From positions 20,267 to 84,266 of the forward strand of contig JANQOU010000004.1 in assembly GCA_028285585.1 (NCBI GenBank): a DNA stretch of 64,000 bases, given 5' to 3'. A model generated the notes under the pieces. The model did not search any database, was not told the origin of the DNA, and saw nothing but the letters and a program-made list of their open reading frames with translations. This document shows, in pieces, positions 17,208-26,809 of this stretch (positions within the stretch are counted from its first letter, which is position 1; each line of letters opens with the position of its first letter). Made by a program: the position numbers and the translations under genes. Origin of the DNA: Acidimicrobiia bacterium (GTDB lineage Bacteria > Actinomycetota > Acidimicrobiia > Spongiisociales > ZC4RG35).

Positions 17208-18491
17208 TTACCGATCCTCGATGGAGACGTAGTCCCTCAGGGGTTCTCCCGTGTAGAGCTGACGGGGGCGGAAGATGCGCGTGCTTGGATCGGCGGCCAA
17301 CTCACGCCATTGCGCCAGCCAGCCCGGCAGGCGGCCGAGAGCGAAGAGGACTGTGAACATGTCGGTCGGGAATCCCATCGCCCGATAGATGATCCCTGAG
17401 TAGAAGTCGACATTGGGGTAGAGGTTGCGCTCGACGAAGTACTCGTCGGAGAGAGCCACTTCTTCTAAGCGGAGCGCGATGTCCAGAAGCGGATCGTCGA
17501 CGCCCAATGCGTCCAGGACATCTTCGGCAGCCTTCTTGATGATCCTGGCCCTGGGATCGAAGTTCTTGTACACCCTGTGCCCGAATCCCATCAGGCGGAA
17601 GGGGTCGCTCTTGTCTTTGGCGCGCTTCACCACCGTGTCGATGTCCTCGCCGCTCGCGTAGATCCCCTCCAGCATCTCGAGGACAGCTTGGTTGGCACCG
17701 CCATGCAGCGGCCCGGACAGTGCGTGGATGCCGGCCGCCACCGAGCTGAAGATGTTGGCGTGGCCGGAACCGACGAGGCGGACCGCCGAAGCCGAGCAGT
17801 TCTGGCCATGATCAGCATGGAGAATCAACAGCATGTTGAGAGCGTTGGTGAGAACCGGGTCGGGCGCGTAGTCCTCCGCCGGCACCGAGAACATCATCTT
17901 CAGGAAGTTCGAGGAGTAGTCGAGGTCGTTGTCCGGGTACACGTACGGCTGGTGCACCGAGTATTTGTAGGACCAGGCGATCATCGTTGGCGTTTTTGCG
18001 ATGAGCCTTCTCGAGCTGATGTCGACCGCATCGGCATCGAGTGGGTCGAGGGCATCGGGGTAGTAGGTGGCCAAAGCGGAGGTGGCAGACGCCAGGATCT
18101 GCATCGGGTGTGCGGTGTTGGGGAACGCCTCAAACAGATGTTTCACGTCCTCGCGCAGCAGCGTGTGCAGGGTGATTGCCTCGACGTAGCTCTCCAACTC
18201 GGCCTTGTTCGGAAGTTCGCCGTATTGGAGCAGGTAGGCGACCTCCAAGAAGGTGGCGCTCTCCGCCAGCTGCTCGATCGAGTACCCGCGGTACCGCAGA
18301 ATCCCACTCTCACCGTCGATGTAGGAGACGGTGGAGTGGCCCTCGGCGGTGTTGCCGAAGCCTTTGTCCAGGGTCACCATCCCCATCTCGGTGCGCAGCT
18401 TGCCAATGTCCACAGCGGTCTCTCCCTCGGTTCCCACATAGGTGGGGAGGGTGAGCTCTTTGTCTCCATGACGGATAACCGCGTCGGGCAT
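17208..18491 (-). CDS. gltA: Citrate synthase (type II)
   Basis: ILHADH, GPLHGGAN, MGFGHRVYK and YPNVDFYSG. Confidence 0.97.
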   Translation of the reverse strand: MPDAVIRHGDKELTLPTYVGTEGETAVDIGKLRTEMGMVTLDKGFGNTAEGHSTVSYIDGESGILRYRGYSIEQLAESATFLEVAYLLQYGELPNKAELESYVEAITLHTLLREDVKHLFEAFPNTAHPMQILASATSALATYYPDALDPLDADAVDISSRRLIAKTPTMIAWSYKYSVHQPYVYPDNDLDYSSNFLKMMFSVPAEDYAPDPVLTNALNMLLILHADHGQNCSASAVRLVGSGHANIFSSVAAGIHALSGPLHGGANQAVLEMLEGIYASGEDIDTVVKRAKDKSDPFRLMGFGHRVYKNFDPRARIIKKAAEDVLDALGVDDPLLDIALRLEEVALSDEYFVERNLYPNVDFYSGIIYRAMGFPTDMFTVLFALGRLPGWLAQWRELAADPSTRIFRPRQLYTGEPLRDYVSIEDR

Positions 18492-18510
18492 CAGCTTCCT
18501 TTCTCTGCCG

Positions 18511-20559
18511 CTATTCGTCTGAGGATTTGGCGGCTGCGATTACGGCTTGGGCCTCACTATGGGGCACTTCGGCGTAATGGTCGAATTCGACCTCAAAGGT
18601 ACCTCGCCCCGAGGTCAATGAGCGAAGCTCGGCTGCGTACTGCTGGATCTCCGCCATCGGCACCTCGGCAGCGACCGAGCGAAGGTTGCCTTCACCTTCC
18701 ATCCCAAGCACGCGACCCCGCTTGGAGTTGATGTCGCCCATCACATCTCCGAGATAGGCCTCCGGCACTGTCACCTGGACTTTCATCACCGGCTCGAGGA
18801 GCACGGGCCTCAGCTTGTCACCCGCAGCTCTGAGGGCCTGGATCCCCGCCATGCGGAAGGACATCTCGTCAGAGTCGACCGAGTGGTACTTGCCGTCATA
18901 CACCTCGGCAGAGATGTCGACAACGGGGTAGCCGGCGAGAATGCCTCGCGCCAAGGCCTCTTGAACGCCTTTGTTGACGGCCGGTATGAACCCGCGAGGG
19001 ATGGACCCGCCTTTGATCGAGTCGACGAACTCGTAGCCACTCCCTCTGGGCAACGGCGAGAAACGGAGCATCGCCACTCCGAACTGGCCGCGGCCACCCG
19101 ACTGTTTCTTGTGCTTTCCTTCGGCCTCGGCTGACCCGGTAATCGACTCCCGGTAGGGGATGGTGGGGAGTGCGGAATCGATCTCGACGCCGAACATCCG
19201 ATTGATGCGGGCGAGAGTCACGTCGAGGTGGGTGTCACCGAGCCCGGCAAGGATGGTCTCTCCGGTCTCGGCTCGCCGGTCGACGTTCACGGTCGGGTCG
19301 GACTCCTCGATGCGGTGCAACGCTGTTGACAGCTTCTCGTCGTCGTGATGTGAACGAGGAGTGATCGCGATCTCGGCCACCGGCTTCGGGTACACCACCG
19401 GGGTGATGGCTGCATCGAGCCCCTGTGCGCGAAGGGTGTCGCCAGGGTGGAGATCCTCGACCTTGGCAACAGCGCCAATCCCGCCGACGGGCAGCTCTGT
19501 GACGTCGTGATGATCTTTGCCTTGCAGCTTGAAGAGGTTGTGCAGCCGTACCTTCCCACCACGGGCCAGCTCCAGCTCCTGGTCGGCTTTGGCTGTCCCC
19601 GAGAAGATCCTGAACAGTGAGATCCTGCCGACGAAAGGGTCGGAGATGGTCTTGAAAACGTAGGCGAGCAGTGGGCCGTCTGCTGAAGGTGCACCTGCTT
19701 CGCCGGCCTGCAGCGGTGGCATGTTCCGCTCCAAGGGGTTCGGCCCGTAGTCGACGATGAACTCGAACAGGGTGTCGATACCGACCAGCTTGTCCGCCGA
19801 TGTCACCAACACCGGCTGGATGTCGCCGCTGACGATCCCGCTGTGAACGGTTGAGACGATCTTCTCGCGTGAGGGCTCTTTGCCTTCGAAGTAAGCCTCC
19901 ATCATCTCGTCGTCGGTCTCGACCACGGTCTCGATGAGCGCGGTGTGCGCCGCGTGCACCCGCTCTTCAACACTCTCGGGAAGGTCGACGAGGGCCCCGT
20001 TCTTGTCTCCCGAGTACTCGTATGCGCGCTCACTGGCGACTCGGACCAGCCCTCGGAGGTCGTTCTCTTCTCCGATTGGCACCTGGATCGGGGCAATAGC
20101 CTTGCCAAAAGCAGTCCTGAGTTGGGCCAGCGTGCCCTCGAAGTCGGCGCGTTCTCGGTCGAGTTTTGTGATCACGACGGCGCGAGGGATTCCTTCATCG
20201 CCCGCGAGAGCCCAAAGCTGCTCTGTCTGAACTTCCACGCCATCGACTGCCGAGACGCAGAAGAGAGCCATGTCGGCTGCTCGGAGCCCGGAACGGGCGT
20301 CACCGACGAAGTCGCTGGACCCTGGGGTGTCGATGATGTTGACCCGAGTCCCCTTCCAGTCGACGGTGCCAACGGAGAGGCCGAGTGAGATCTCGCGCTC
20401 GGTCTCTTCAGGCTCGTGGTCGAAGGTCGTTGTTCCCTGCTCGACCGAGCCCATGCGGTTGACCGCGCCACCGACGTAGAGGAGAGCCTCGCCCAGGGTC
20501 GTCTTCCCGCTGCCCCCATGACCGACCAGGGCGATGTTGCGAACCTTCTCAGGAACCAC
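18511..20559 (-). CDS. fusA2: Elongation factor G-like protein EF-G2
   Basis: GHGGSGKTT, DTPG, TKLD, HKKQSGGRGQF and YHSVDS. Divergent from pgsA, as in other actinobacteria. Confidence 0.9.
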   Translation of the reverse strand: MVPEKVRNIALVGHGGSGKTTLGEALLYVGGAVNRMGSVEQGTTTFDHEPEETEREISLGLSVGTVDWKGTRVNIIDTPGSSDFVGDARSGLRAADMALFCVSAVDGVEVQTEQLWALAGDEGIPRAVVITKLDRERADFEGTLAQLRTAFGKAIAPIQVPIGEENDLRGLVRVASERAYEYSGDKNGALVDLPESVEERVHAAHTALIETVVETDDEMMEAYFEGKEPSREKIVSTVHSGIVSGDIQPVLVTSADKLVGIDTLFEFIVDYGPNPLERNMPPLQAGEAGAPSADGPLLAYVFKTISDPFVGRISLFRIFSGTAKADQELELARGGKVRLHNLFKLQGKDHHDVTELPVGGIGAVAKVEDLHPGDTLRAQGLDAAITPVVYPKPVAEIAITPRSHHDDEKLSTALHRIEESDPTVNVDRRAETGETILAGLGDTHLDVTLARINRMFGVEIDSALPTIPYRESITGSAEAEGKHKKQSGGRGQFGVAMLRFSPLPRGSGYEFVDSIKGGSIPRGFIPAVNKGVQEALARGILAGYPVVDISAEVYDGKYHSVDSDEMSFRMAGIQALRAAGDKLRPVLLEPVMKVQVTVPEAYLGDVMGDINSKRGRVLGMEGEGNLRSVAAEVPMAEIQQYAAELRSLTSGRGTFEVEFDHYAEVPHSEAQAVIAAAKSSDE

Positions 20560-20638
20560 GTGACCTCCTTGTTGATAGAACCGCCGATCCTAACCCTGGT
20601 TCTGGCAGGCCTCCCCAGGCGGCTGCTACTTTCAGGTC

Positions 20639-21211
20639 GTGATCGACATGAGGGTCCGGCCGCATGTGACCCGCTATCTCGATGTGATCGGCCGTGGTCT
20701 GGCTCGGCTCAGGGCGACACCCACCTTCATGACTGCCCTCGGCCTGGTCATCGTGGTGGTCGGAAGCGTCATGATCGCTACCGGGCGGCTCCGCAGCGGA
20801 GGGATCGTGGTGGCTGCAGGTTCTCTGCTCGACGGCCTCGATGGGGCGGTCGCGCGCGCAACCGGCAGGGTGACTCAAAAAGGGGCTTTCCTCGACTCGG
20901 TGTTCGATCGCCTGGGTGAAGTGGCAGCCTTCGCGGCTCTGGCTTTCGCTCGAGCCGGTGAGGCACGTGAGCTCCTGCTGATCGTGGTCGCACTGGGAGG
21001 TGCCGTGCTGGTTCCGTATCTGAGGGCTCGTGCAGAGGGTCACGGGATCGACGGCCGAGGCGGGCTGATGGGCCGCTCCGAGCGGCTCATCCTCTTCTGT
21101 GGCGGGTTGATCCTGTTCCCGGCCTATATCGAGGGGATGCTCTGGATATTCGTGTTCCTGGTCTGGCTCACGGTGATCACTCGCTTCGTCAACACCTACC
21201 GTTCGATCTGA
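20639..21211 (+). CDS. pgsA: Phosphatidylinositol-phosphate synthase (CDP-alcohol phosphotransferase)
   Basis: DGLDGAVAR...GAFLDSVFDR motif and synteny. Confidence 0.88.
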   Translation: MIDMRVRPHVTRYLDVIGRGLARLRATPTFMTALGLVIVVVGSVMIATGRLRSGGIVVAAGSLLDGLDGAVARATGRVTQKGAFLDSVFDRLGEVAAFAALAFARAGEARELLLIVVALGGAVLVPYLRARAEGHGIDGRGGLMGRSERLILFCGGLILFPAYIEGMLWIFVFLVWLTVITRFVNTYRSI

Positions 21212-22089
21212 TGAGGGATCTCCTCGGGTATCTGGCGCTGCGCGCCGGGGTTGGCCTGCTGGGTCTCCTTCCTGAGCGGGTGATGCGATCGGCTGGGAAC
21301 GCCGGTGGGCGTTTGTGGGCTTGGCTCGATCGAGGGCGTCGGCTCATGGCTCGCCGTCACATGTCACGAGTGCTTGGCGAAGATGCCGATGTCGACAACG
21401 CAGCTACCGCAGTGATGAGGTCCTATGGTCGCTATTGGGCTGAGGCCCTCTGGGTGCGAGGCCGTCGAGTCCCGGGGATGCTCGCTGCGACCGAAGTGGA
21501 CGGGCTCGAGCGTGTGATCAGAGCTCACGCCGAGGGCAACGGAATGATCTACGCGCTGCCTCACATGGGGAACTGGGAGGCAGCGGCTCCAATCGCAGTG
21601 TCGAGGGGAATCCCCGTGGTAGCGGTTGCAGAGGTGCTGTCCAACAAACGAATCACCGATTGGTTCACCAGGATGCGGGCTGAGTTCGGGATCGAGATCG
21701 TGCTCGCCACCGGGTCGCTGCAGGTGATGCGTGCTCTGGAGAAGGCCATCGCGGACAACAAGGCAGTGGCTCTGCTGTCAGATCGTGACTTGAAGGGACG
21801 CGGCATCGAAGTCGAGTTCTTCGGCGAGAAGACGACCATGCCCGCGGGCCCCGCCACACTTGCCATCAAGACAGGCGCACCTCTGTACCCGGTGGCGTGC
21901 TATTTCACGGATCAGGGGTACAGGGTGGTGGTTCGCCCGTCGCTACCTGTCCCGGAGGAGGGGTCGCGGTCCGACAAAGTGCGTGCAATGACCCAGGACC
22001 TGGCCGACGAGTTGGAGTCGTTGATCCGTGAGGTGCCGGACCAGTGGCACCTGGTGGTTCCGAACTGGCCGTCGGACAAGGACGTCTGA
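21211..22089 (+). CDS. patA: Phosphatidylinositol mannoside acyltransferase
   Basis: LPHMGNWE and VEFFGE...PAGPA. Between pgsA and pimA. Confidence 0.88.
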   Translation: MRDLLGYLALRAGVGLLGLLPERVMRSAGNAGGRLWAWLDRGRRLMARRHMSRVLGEDADVDNAATAVMRSYGRYWAEALWVRGRRVPGMLAATEVDGLERVIRAHAEGNGMIYALPHMGNWEAAAPIAVSRGIPVVAVAEVLSNKRITDWFTRMRAEFGIEIVLATGSLQVMRALEKAIADNKAVALLSDRDLKGRGIEVEFFGEKTTMPAGPATLAIKTGAPLYPVACYFTDQGYRVVVRPSLPVPEEGSRSDKVRAMTQDLADELESLIREVPDQWHLVVPNWPSDKDV

Positions 22090-23117
22090 TGCGTGTCGGG
22101 CTGGTCTGCCCTTACGACCTTTCCAAGCCTGGCGGTGTGCAAGCACAAGTTCTCGGTTTGGCCAAAGCTCTGGCTGCCGGGGGAGACGAGGTTGCTGTCA
22201 TCGGTCCGGGTCTGCCTCCCGATGTCTCAGGAGTTGATCTGGGCGACACTCTTTCCATTCCGGGGAACGGGTCCAAAGTGCCGATATCCCCGGACCCAAG
22301 AGTCCTCCGGAAGATGCGAGCCGCCACGAGCGAAATCGATGTTCTCCACGTCCACGAGCCGCTCATGCCAAGCGTCTCGTTGTCAGCACTGCGGGTCGGC
22401 CTGCCTGTTGTCGCCACTTTTCACGCTGCTCCGGGCGCGGTCGGCAACGCCTTCTATGGCTTCATCGGTTTCGCGCTCAACCGGATATTGGGCGTCAACG
22501 TCCGAACGGTGACGGCGGTGTCTGCGACCGCGAGGAACCCTCTGCCCGACGACCTCGATGTTTCCATCGTTCCCAACGGGATCGACGTGGCTTCCATGCG
22601 GGTGGATGTGCCCCGCGACCCTCTTGCCGTGGTGTTTCTCGGCCGGGACGAGCCACGAAAAGGCCTCGACGTGCTTCTCGAGGCATGGCCGGCAGTTCAA
22701 TCGGCGGTCCCCGACGCCCGGTTGGTGGTCATGGGCGCGGCGAGGGAAGTCGAAGGAGTCGACTGGAGAGGGGTGGTCGATGAGGAGGAGAAGGCAGCGA
22801 CTCTGAATGGCTCTGCGGTGTATGTGGCCCCCAACTTGGGCGGTGAGTCCTTCGGGATAGTGCTCGTCGAGGGGATGGCAGCCGGGGTCGCGGTGGTAGC
22901 AAGCGACCTGTCGGCGTTCGTGGAAGTCGGCGAAGACGCAGCCCTCTACTTCCCGGTAGGGGATGCCGACGCCCTAGCCGACCGGCTTGTCACTGTCCTC
23001 ACCGACGAAGAGCTGCGAGCCGGGCTGTCTGAGGCCGGCATCGAGCGAGCGGCGGCATTCGACTGGAGTGTCGTGGCGGCTGAGTATCGCCGTCACTACG
23101 AGTCGGCGCTTTCTTAG
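22089..23117 (+). CDS. pimA: GT4 mannosyltransferase PimA-like
   Basis: CPY...[18 protein letters not shown] and [10 protein letters not shown]. Confidence 0.85.
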   Translation: MRVGLVCPYDLSKPGGVQAQVLGLAKALAAGGDEVAVIGPGLPPDVSGVDLGDTLSIPGNGSKVPISPDPRVLRKMRAATSEIDVLHVHEPLMPSVSLSALRVGLPVVATFHAAPGAVGNAFYGFIGFALNRILGVNVRTVTAVSATARNPLPDDLDVSIVPNGIDVASMRVDVPRDPLAVVFLGRDEPRKGLDVLLEAWPAVQSAVPDARLVVMGAAREVEGVDWRGVVDEEEKAATLNGSAVYVAPNLGGESFGIVLVEGMAAGVAVVASDLSAFVEVGEDAALYFPVGDADALADRLVTVLTDEELRAGLSEAGIERAAAFDWSVVAAEYRRHYESALS

Positions 23118-23161
23118 CTGAGGGACCTGACTCGCAGTACAATTCGCGATTCGCAAAGGGA

Positions 23162-24052
23162 GTGTTTGTGGTCGAAACCGGAACCGATCGAGTCAAAAGA
23201 GGGCTGGCCGAGATGCTCAAAGGCGGCGTCATCATGGATGTCGTCGACCCGGACCAGGCCAAGATCGCCGAAGAGGCCGGGGCCGTAGCCGTCATGGCCC
23301 TCGAACGCGTGCCCGCCGACATCCGCAAGCAGGGTGGCGTGGCGCGGATGTCGGACCCGACGATGATCGAGGGCATTCAGGCAGCGGTGACCATCCCGGT
23401 CATGGCCAAGTGCCGGATCGGCCACTTCGCCGAGGCGCTGGTTCTTCAATCGCTCGGCATCGACTACATCGATGAGTCCGAGGTGCTGACGCCGGCCGAC
23501 GACGACAACCACGTCGACAAGTGGGCGTTCACCACACCGTTCGTCTGCGGCGCTCGCAATCTCGGCGAGGCGCTCCGCAGGATCGGTGAAGGTGCGGCCA
23601 TGATCCGCACCAAAGGTGAGGCGGGGACCGGGAACGTGGTCGAGGCGGTCCGCCACATGAGGACTGTCACATCAGAGATGCGGGCCATCGCATCGATGGA
23701 CGCAGATCAGCTGATGGCAGCAGCGCGTGACTTGAAGGCCCCTTACGAGCTGGTGAAAGAGATCGCAGAGACCGGCAAGCTGCCGGTGGTCAACTTCGCC
23801 GCCGGCGGCATAGCCACACCTGCCGATGCCGCGTTGATGATGGGACTGGGTGTGGACGGCGTGTTCGTCGGTTCCGGCATCTTCAAGAGCTCCGACCCGC
23901 AGGGTTACGCCAGGGCCATCGTCGAGGCAACAACTTTCTGGAATGAGCCCGAGGTCGTCGCCAAGGTTTCGAGAGGGCTCGGTGAGGCTATGCCTGGTCT
24001 CGAGATGGAGACGCTTTCAGAGGCCGAGCAGCTGGCCAGACGAGGATGGTGA
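23162..24052 (+). CDS. pdxS: PLP synthase subunit PdxS
   Basis: [10 protein letters not shown] and [16 protein letters not shown]. Confidence 0.97.
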   Translation: MFVVETGTDRVKRGLAEMLKGGVIMDVVDPDQAKIAEEAGAVAVMALERVPADIRKQGGVARMSDPTMIEGIQAAVTIPVMAKCRIGHFAEALVLQSLGIDYIDESEVLTPADDDNHVDKWAFTTPFVCGARNLGEALRRIGEGAAMIRTKGEAGTGNVVEAVRHMRTVTSEMRAIASMDADQLMAAARDLKAPYELVKEIAETGKLPVVNFAAGGIATPADAALMMGLGVDGVFVGSGIFKSSDPQGYARAIVEATTFWNEPEVVAKVSRGLGEAMPGLEMETLSEAEQLARRGW

Positions 24053-24053
24053 C

Positions 24054-24617
24054 GTGACTCGGGTTGGCGTCCTGGCTCTCCAGGGCGACGTCCGGGAGCA
24101 CATCCACATCCTTGAATCGCTGGGAGTCGAAGGCATCCCGGTCAAGAAACCCGAAGAGCTGGGCGAGGTCGACGCTCTGGTGATCCCAGGTGGTGAGTCG
24201 ACGACCATCGGCAAGATGGCGGTTCGCTTCGGGCTCCTCGAGCCATTGCGCACCGCAGTGGGTGAGGGGTTGCCGGTTTATGGCACGTGTGCTGGCATGA
24301 TCCTGCTTGCCTCAGCAGTCACCGACGGTGACCAACCCCTGATCGGCGGTCTCGACGTGGTGGTGAAGCGCAACGCGTTCGGACGTCAGAACGAGTCTTT
24401 CGAGGCCTCGCTGGACGTGCTTGGGCTGGCCGAGCCGTTCCAGGCGGTCTTCATCCGCGCTCCCTGGATCGAGAAGGTCGGCTCGGATGTGGATGTCATC
24501 GCCGCTGTCGACGATCATCCGGTGATGGTTCGCCAGGATTCGATCCTCGCCAGCTCCTTTCATCCCGAGCTGACGCAGGACGGGCGGATACATCAGATGT
24601 TGTTGGAAATGGTCTGA
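24054..24617 (+). CDS. pdxT: PLP synthase glutaminase subunit PdxT
   Basis: GVLALQG, PGGEST, GTCAG and FHPEL. Confidence 0.96.
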   Translation: MTRVGVLALQGDVREHIHILESLGVEGIPVKKPEELGEVDALVIPGGESTTIGKMAVRFGLLEPLRTAVGEGLPVYGTCAGMILLASAVTDGDQPLIGGLDVVVKRNAFGRQNESFEASLDVLGLAEPFQAVFIRAPWIEKVGSDVDVIAAVDDHPVMVRQDSILASSFHPELTQDGRIHQMLLEMV

Positions 24618-24626
24618 AGGGCACAC

Positions 24627-25376
24627 ATGGCTGGACACTCGAAATGGGCGAACATCAAGCACCGCAAAGGCCGGCAGGACGCGGCGCGGGGGAAGCTGTT
24701 CGGGAAACTGGCGAAGGCCATCGAGGTCGCGGCGCGGGACGGCGGTGGCAACACCGACTTCAACCCGACTCTGGCGACCGCCGTCGAGAAGGCCAAGGCC
24801 GCTTCGATGCCCAACGACAACATCGAGCGCGCCATCAAGCGAGGCACGGGCGAGGTCGAGGGCGCGGTCTACGAGGAGATGTACTACGAGGGGTACGGCC
24901 CTGGGGGTGTGGCGCTCTACGTGCAGGTCCTCACCGACAACCGCAACCGCGCTGCCTCTGACGTTCGCTCCACTTTCACGAGACACAACGGGAACCTTGG
25001 GGAGCCGGGCTCGGTCGGGTATCTGTTCAGCCAGAAGGGGTTGATCCTGGCCAAAGGCGAAGAGGATGATGTGATGCTGCTGGCTCTCGATGCTGGTGCC
25101 GACGATGTTCGTGACGCCGGTGACGGCGTTTTCGAGGTCGTCACCGAGGCGTCCGAGATGCGGGGAGTCCGGGAGGCGCTCGATCAAGGTGGGGCCGAAG
25201 TCGAGTCGGCTGATGTGACCCAGCTTCCGGCGACAACCGTCCCGGTGGAGGAGAAGGAAGCGAGGAGCTTGCTCCGGCTCATTGATGCCCTCGAGGATCT
25301 CGACGATGTCCAGTCGGTCTTCTCGAACTACGACATCCCCGATTCGGTCATGGAGAACGTCCTCGCCGAAGCCTGA
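24627..25376 (+). CDS. yebC: YebC/PmpR family protein
   Basis: MAGHSKWANIKHRK, YEGYGPGG and TDNRNR. Confidence 0.96.
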   Translation: MAGHSKWANIKHRKGRQDAARGKLFGKLAKAIEVAARDGGGNTDFNPTLATAVEKAKAASMPNDNIERAIKRGTGEVEGAVYEEMYYEGYGPGGVALYVQVLTDNRNRAASDVRSTFTRHNGNLGEPGSVGYLFSQKGLILAKGEEDDVMLLALDAGADDVRDAGDGVFEVVTEASEMRGVREALDQGGAEVESADVTQLPATTVPVEEKEARSLLRLIDALEDLDDVQSVFSNYDIPDSVMENVLAEA

Positions 25377-25494
25377 GGCCTTCCCTCCTTTGGGCTGCAT
25401 CAGGTCGTGTTGAGCGCTACCGCGTGCAGTGCAGACGAGAGGGGAGCGAGGCGGGAGAATCAGTCGGAATCGGCGGTCCTGGTACTACATTCAC

Positions 25495-25508
25495 AGAACA
25501 TATGTTCG
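25495..25508. promoter_or_regulatory. LexA SOS box, duplicated copy
   Basis: AGAAC-ATAT-GTTCG (GAAC-N4-GTTC). Confidence 0.75.
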
Positions 25509-25548
25509 TTTTGGGCATCGATCCAGGCCTGTCGGTCACCGGCTATGG
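25502..25548 (+). pseudogene. Truncated ruvC 5' fragment
   Basis: MFVLGIDPGLSVTGYG is identical to the RuvC N-terminus, then the frame runs into unrelated sequence (stop at 25669). Confidence 0.85.
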
Positions 25549-25550
25549 CA

Positions 25551-26225
25551 CTACGAATTCTGCTCCCGCGACCCAGAGGATGTGGGCTGTGATGCACCCA
25601 CTGTGTTTGGCTTTCCACGAGCCAAGCTTCCACCCAATTGGCGAGATACCACCCTGCGCACATGGTTGATCACTCCGGGGTCGTCGTTTGGCTCCTCGCC
25701 GTCCAAGGACCTGAAGGCGATACCGAACAGACCGAAGGCTGCGATCCCTATTAGCACACCAATGGTGTTGGCGATCGGGTCATTGACGTCGATGGACCTA
25801 TACATGACACCGATCGAGGCGCCTATTGAGAGCTGTATCAGCTCAATCGTTACTGCCGCACCGATGCCCAACAACAGTACCTTCTTTAGGGTTGGGCTTT
25901 CGAGCACAAACCAAGCACCGAAGCCAAATGGAACGCCGAGCAGCACATTCGGCACGAACTGTGTCCTGACCGTCTCGGCGGTTAGGTCACCGAAGGGGAC
26001 AAGGTTGAGGAACCCCCAGAATGGGACCTCTGCGAAGTCTCGGGCCATCACGCCGTCGACTGGCAGCGGGAACAGCGTGACTTTCAGGACCTCGACGGTG
26101 TAGACGGCGAATATCAGCGTGAACAGAACATGTGCCCCCGACCATCCGCTCTTCTTCCAAAGAAGGAAGAGGGCTATGCCGATGAGTGGGTAGACCGTTA
26201 CGGCAAAGGCGTTGCCAGAGATCAT
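25551..26225 (-). CDS. VanZ-family membrane protein
   Basis: TLFP, NLVPF, NVLLGVPFG, IELIQ and RSIDVNDPIANTIG motifs. SD GGGAGG. Confidence 0.85.
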   Translation of the reverse strand: MISGNAFAVTVYPLIGIALFLLWKKSGWSGAHVLFTLIFAVYTVEVLKVTLFPLPVDGVMARDFAEVPFWGFLNLVPFGDLTAETVRTQFVPNVLLGVPFGFGAWFVLESPTLKKVLLLGIGAAVTIELIQLSIGASIGVMYRSIDVNDPIANTIGVLIGIAAFGLFGIAFRSLDGEEPNDDPGVINHVRRVVSRQLGGSLARGKPNTVGASQPTSSGSREQNS

Positions 26226-26580
26226 GTTTGGAACCTCCCTTGGGGCAGCTGCCCGAGCTTGGTCTGCCCGGACACCTTTCGAGCGTCAGTTTTCTCGTCA
26301 GCCGGTACTGAAGGATCCGGAACCTTTAGTGTTCCAACCGTAATCCGCGGTGGTATACGCGAAGATGTAATACGTGTCTCCGGGAGCGAACCCACAACTC
26401 GTAGAGACCAATACCAGTCCCTTGGCCATAGCTTTCCTGAGTTTCGTTTTCGTCACCCTTCGTCCTTCTTGGGTGGTCGTCGGCCTGTTGGCCCTTGGTG
26501 GCTTCAGCGCGCTTCAGCTCCTGTCGACCAGCTTGTGTCCAGCAACCTCAAGGTGTCGCGTCGTTTGTGATGCCGTCCGG

Positions 26581-26809
26581 TATGACATCCCCGATTCGGT
26601 CATGGAGAACGTCCTGGCCGAAGCCTGAGACCTTCCCTCCTTTGCGCTGCATCAGGTCGTGTTGAGCGCTACCGCGTGCACCGCGGACGAGAGGGAGCGA
26701 GGTTGGAGTCGCCGGGAGAATCAGTCGGAAACGCCGGTTCCGGTACTACATTCACAGAACATATGTTCGTTTTGGGCATCGATCCAGGCCTGTCGGTCAC
26801 CGGCTATGG
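26581..26809 (+). repeat. Direct repeat copy 2 (orphan yebC 3' end + intergenic + functional ruvC start)
   Basis: Encodes YDIPDSVMENVLAEA* again and matches 25329-25548. Confidence 0.95.
26747..26769 (+). promoter_or_regulatory. ruvC promoter -10 (TACATT) and LexA SOS box overlapping the start codon
   Basis: TACATT at 26747-26752 and AGAACATATGTTCG at 26756-26769. ruvC is SOS-regulated in mycobacteria. Confidence 0.8.

Larger units (their letters stand above)
25329..25548 (+). repeat. Direct repeat copy 1 (yebC 3' end + intergenic + ruvC 5' ~16 codons)
   Basis: Aligns to 26581-26809 with ~11 substitutions and ~10 nt of indel. Confidence 0.95.

Noticed and set aside
18511-20559. Non-canonical G1/G4 motifs in EF-G (GHGGSGKT, TKLD)
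   Set aside because: Normal for the EF-G2 subfamily found beside pgsA in actinobacteria.
25551-26225. vanZ-like gene as a glycopeptide resistance cluster
   Set aside because: VanZ-family genes are widespread, and no vanHAX or vanRS genes are present.
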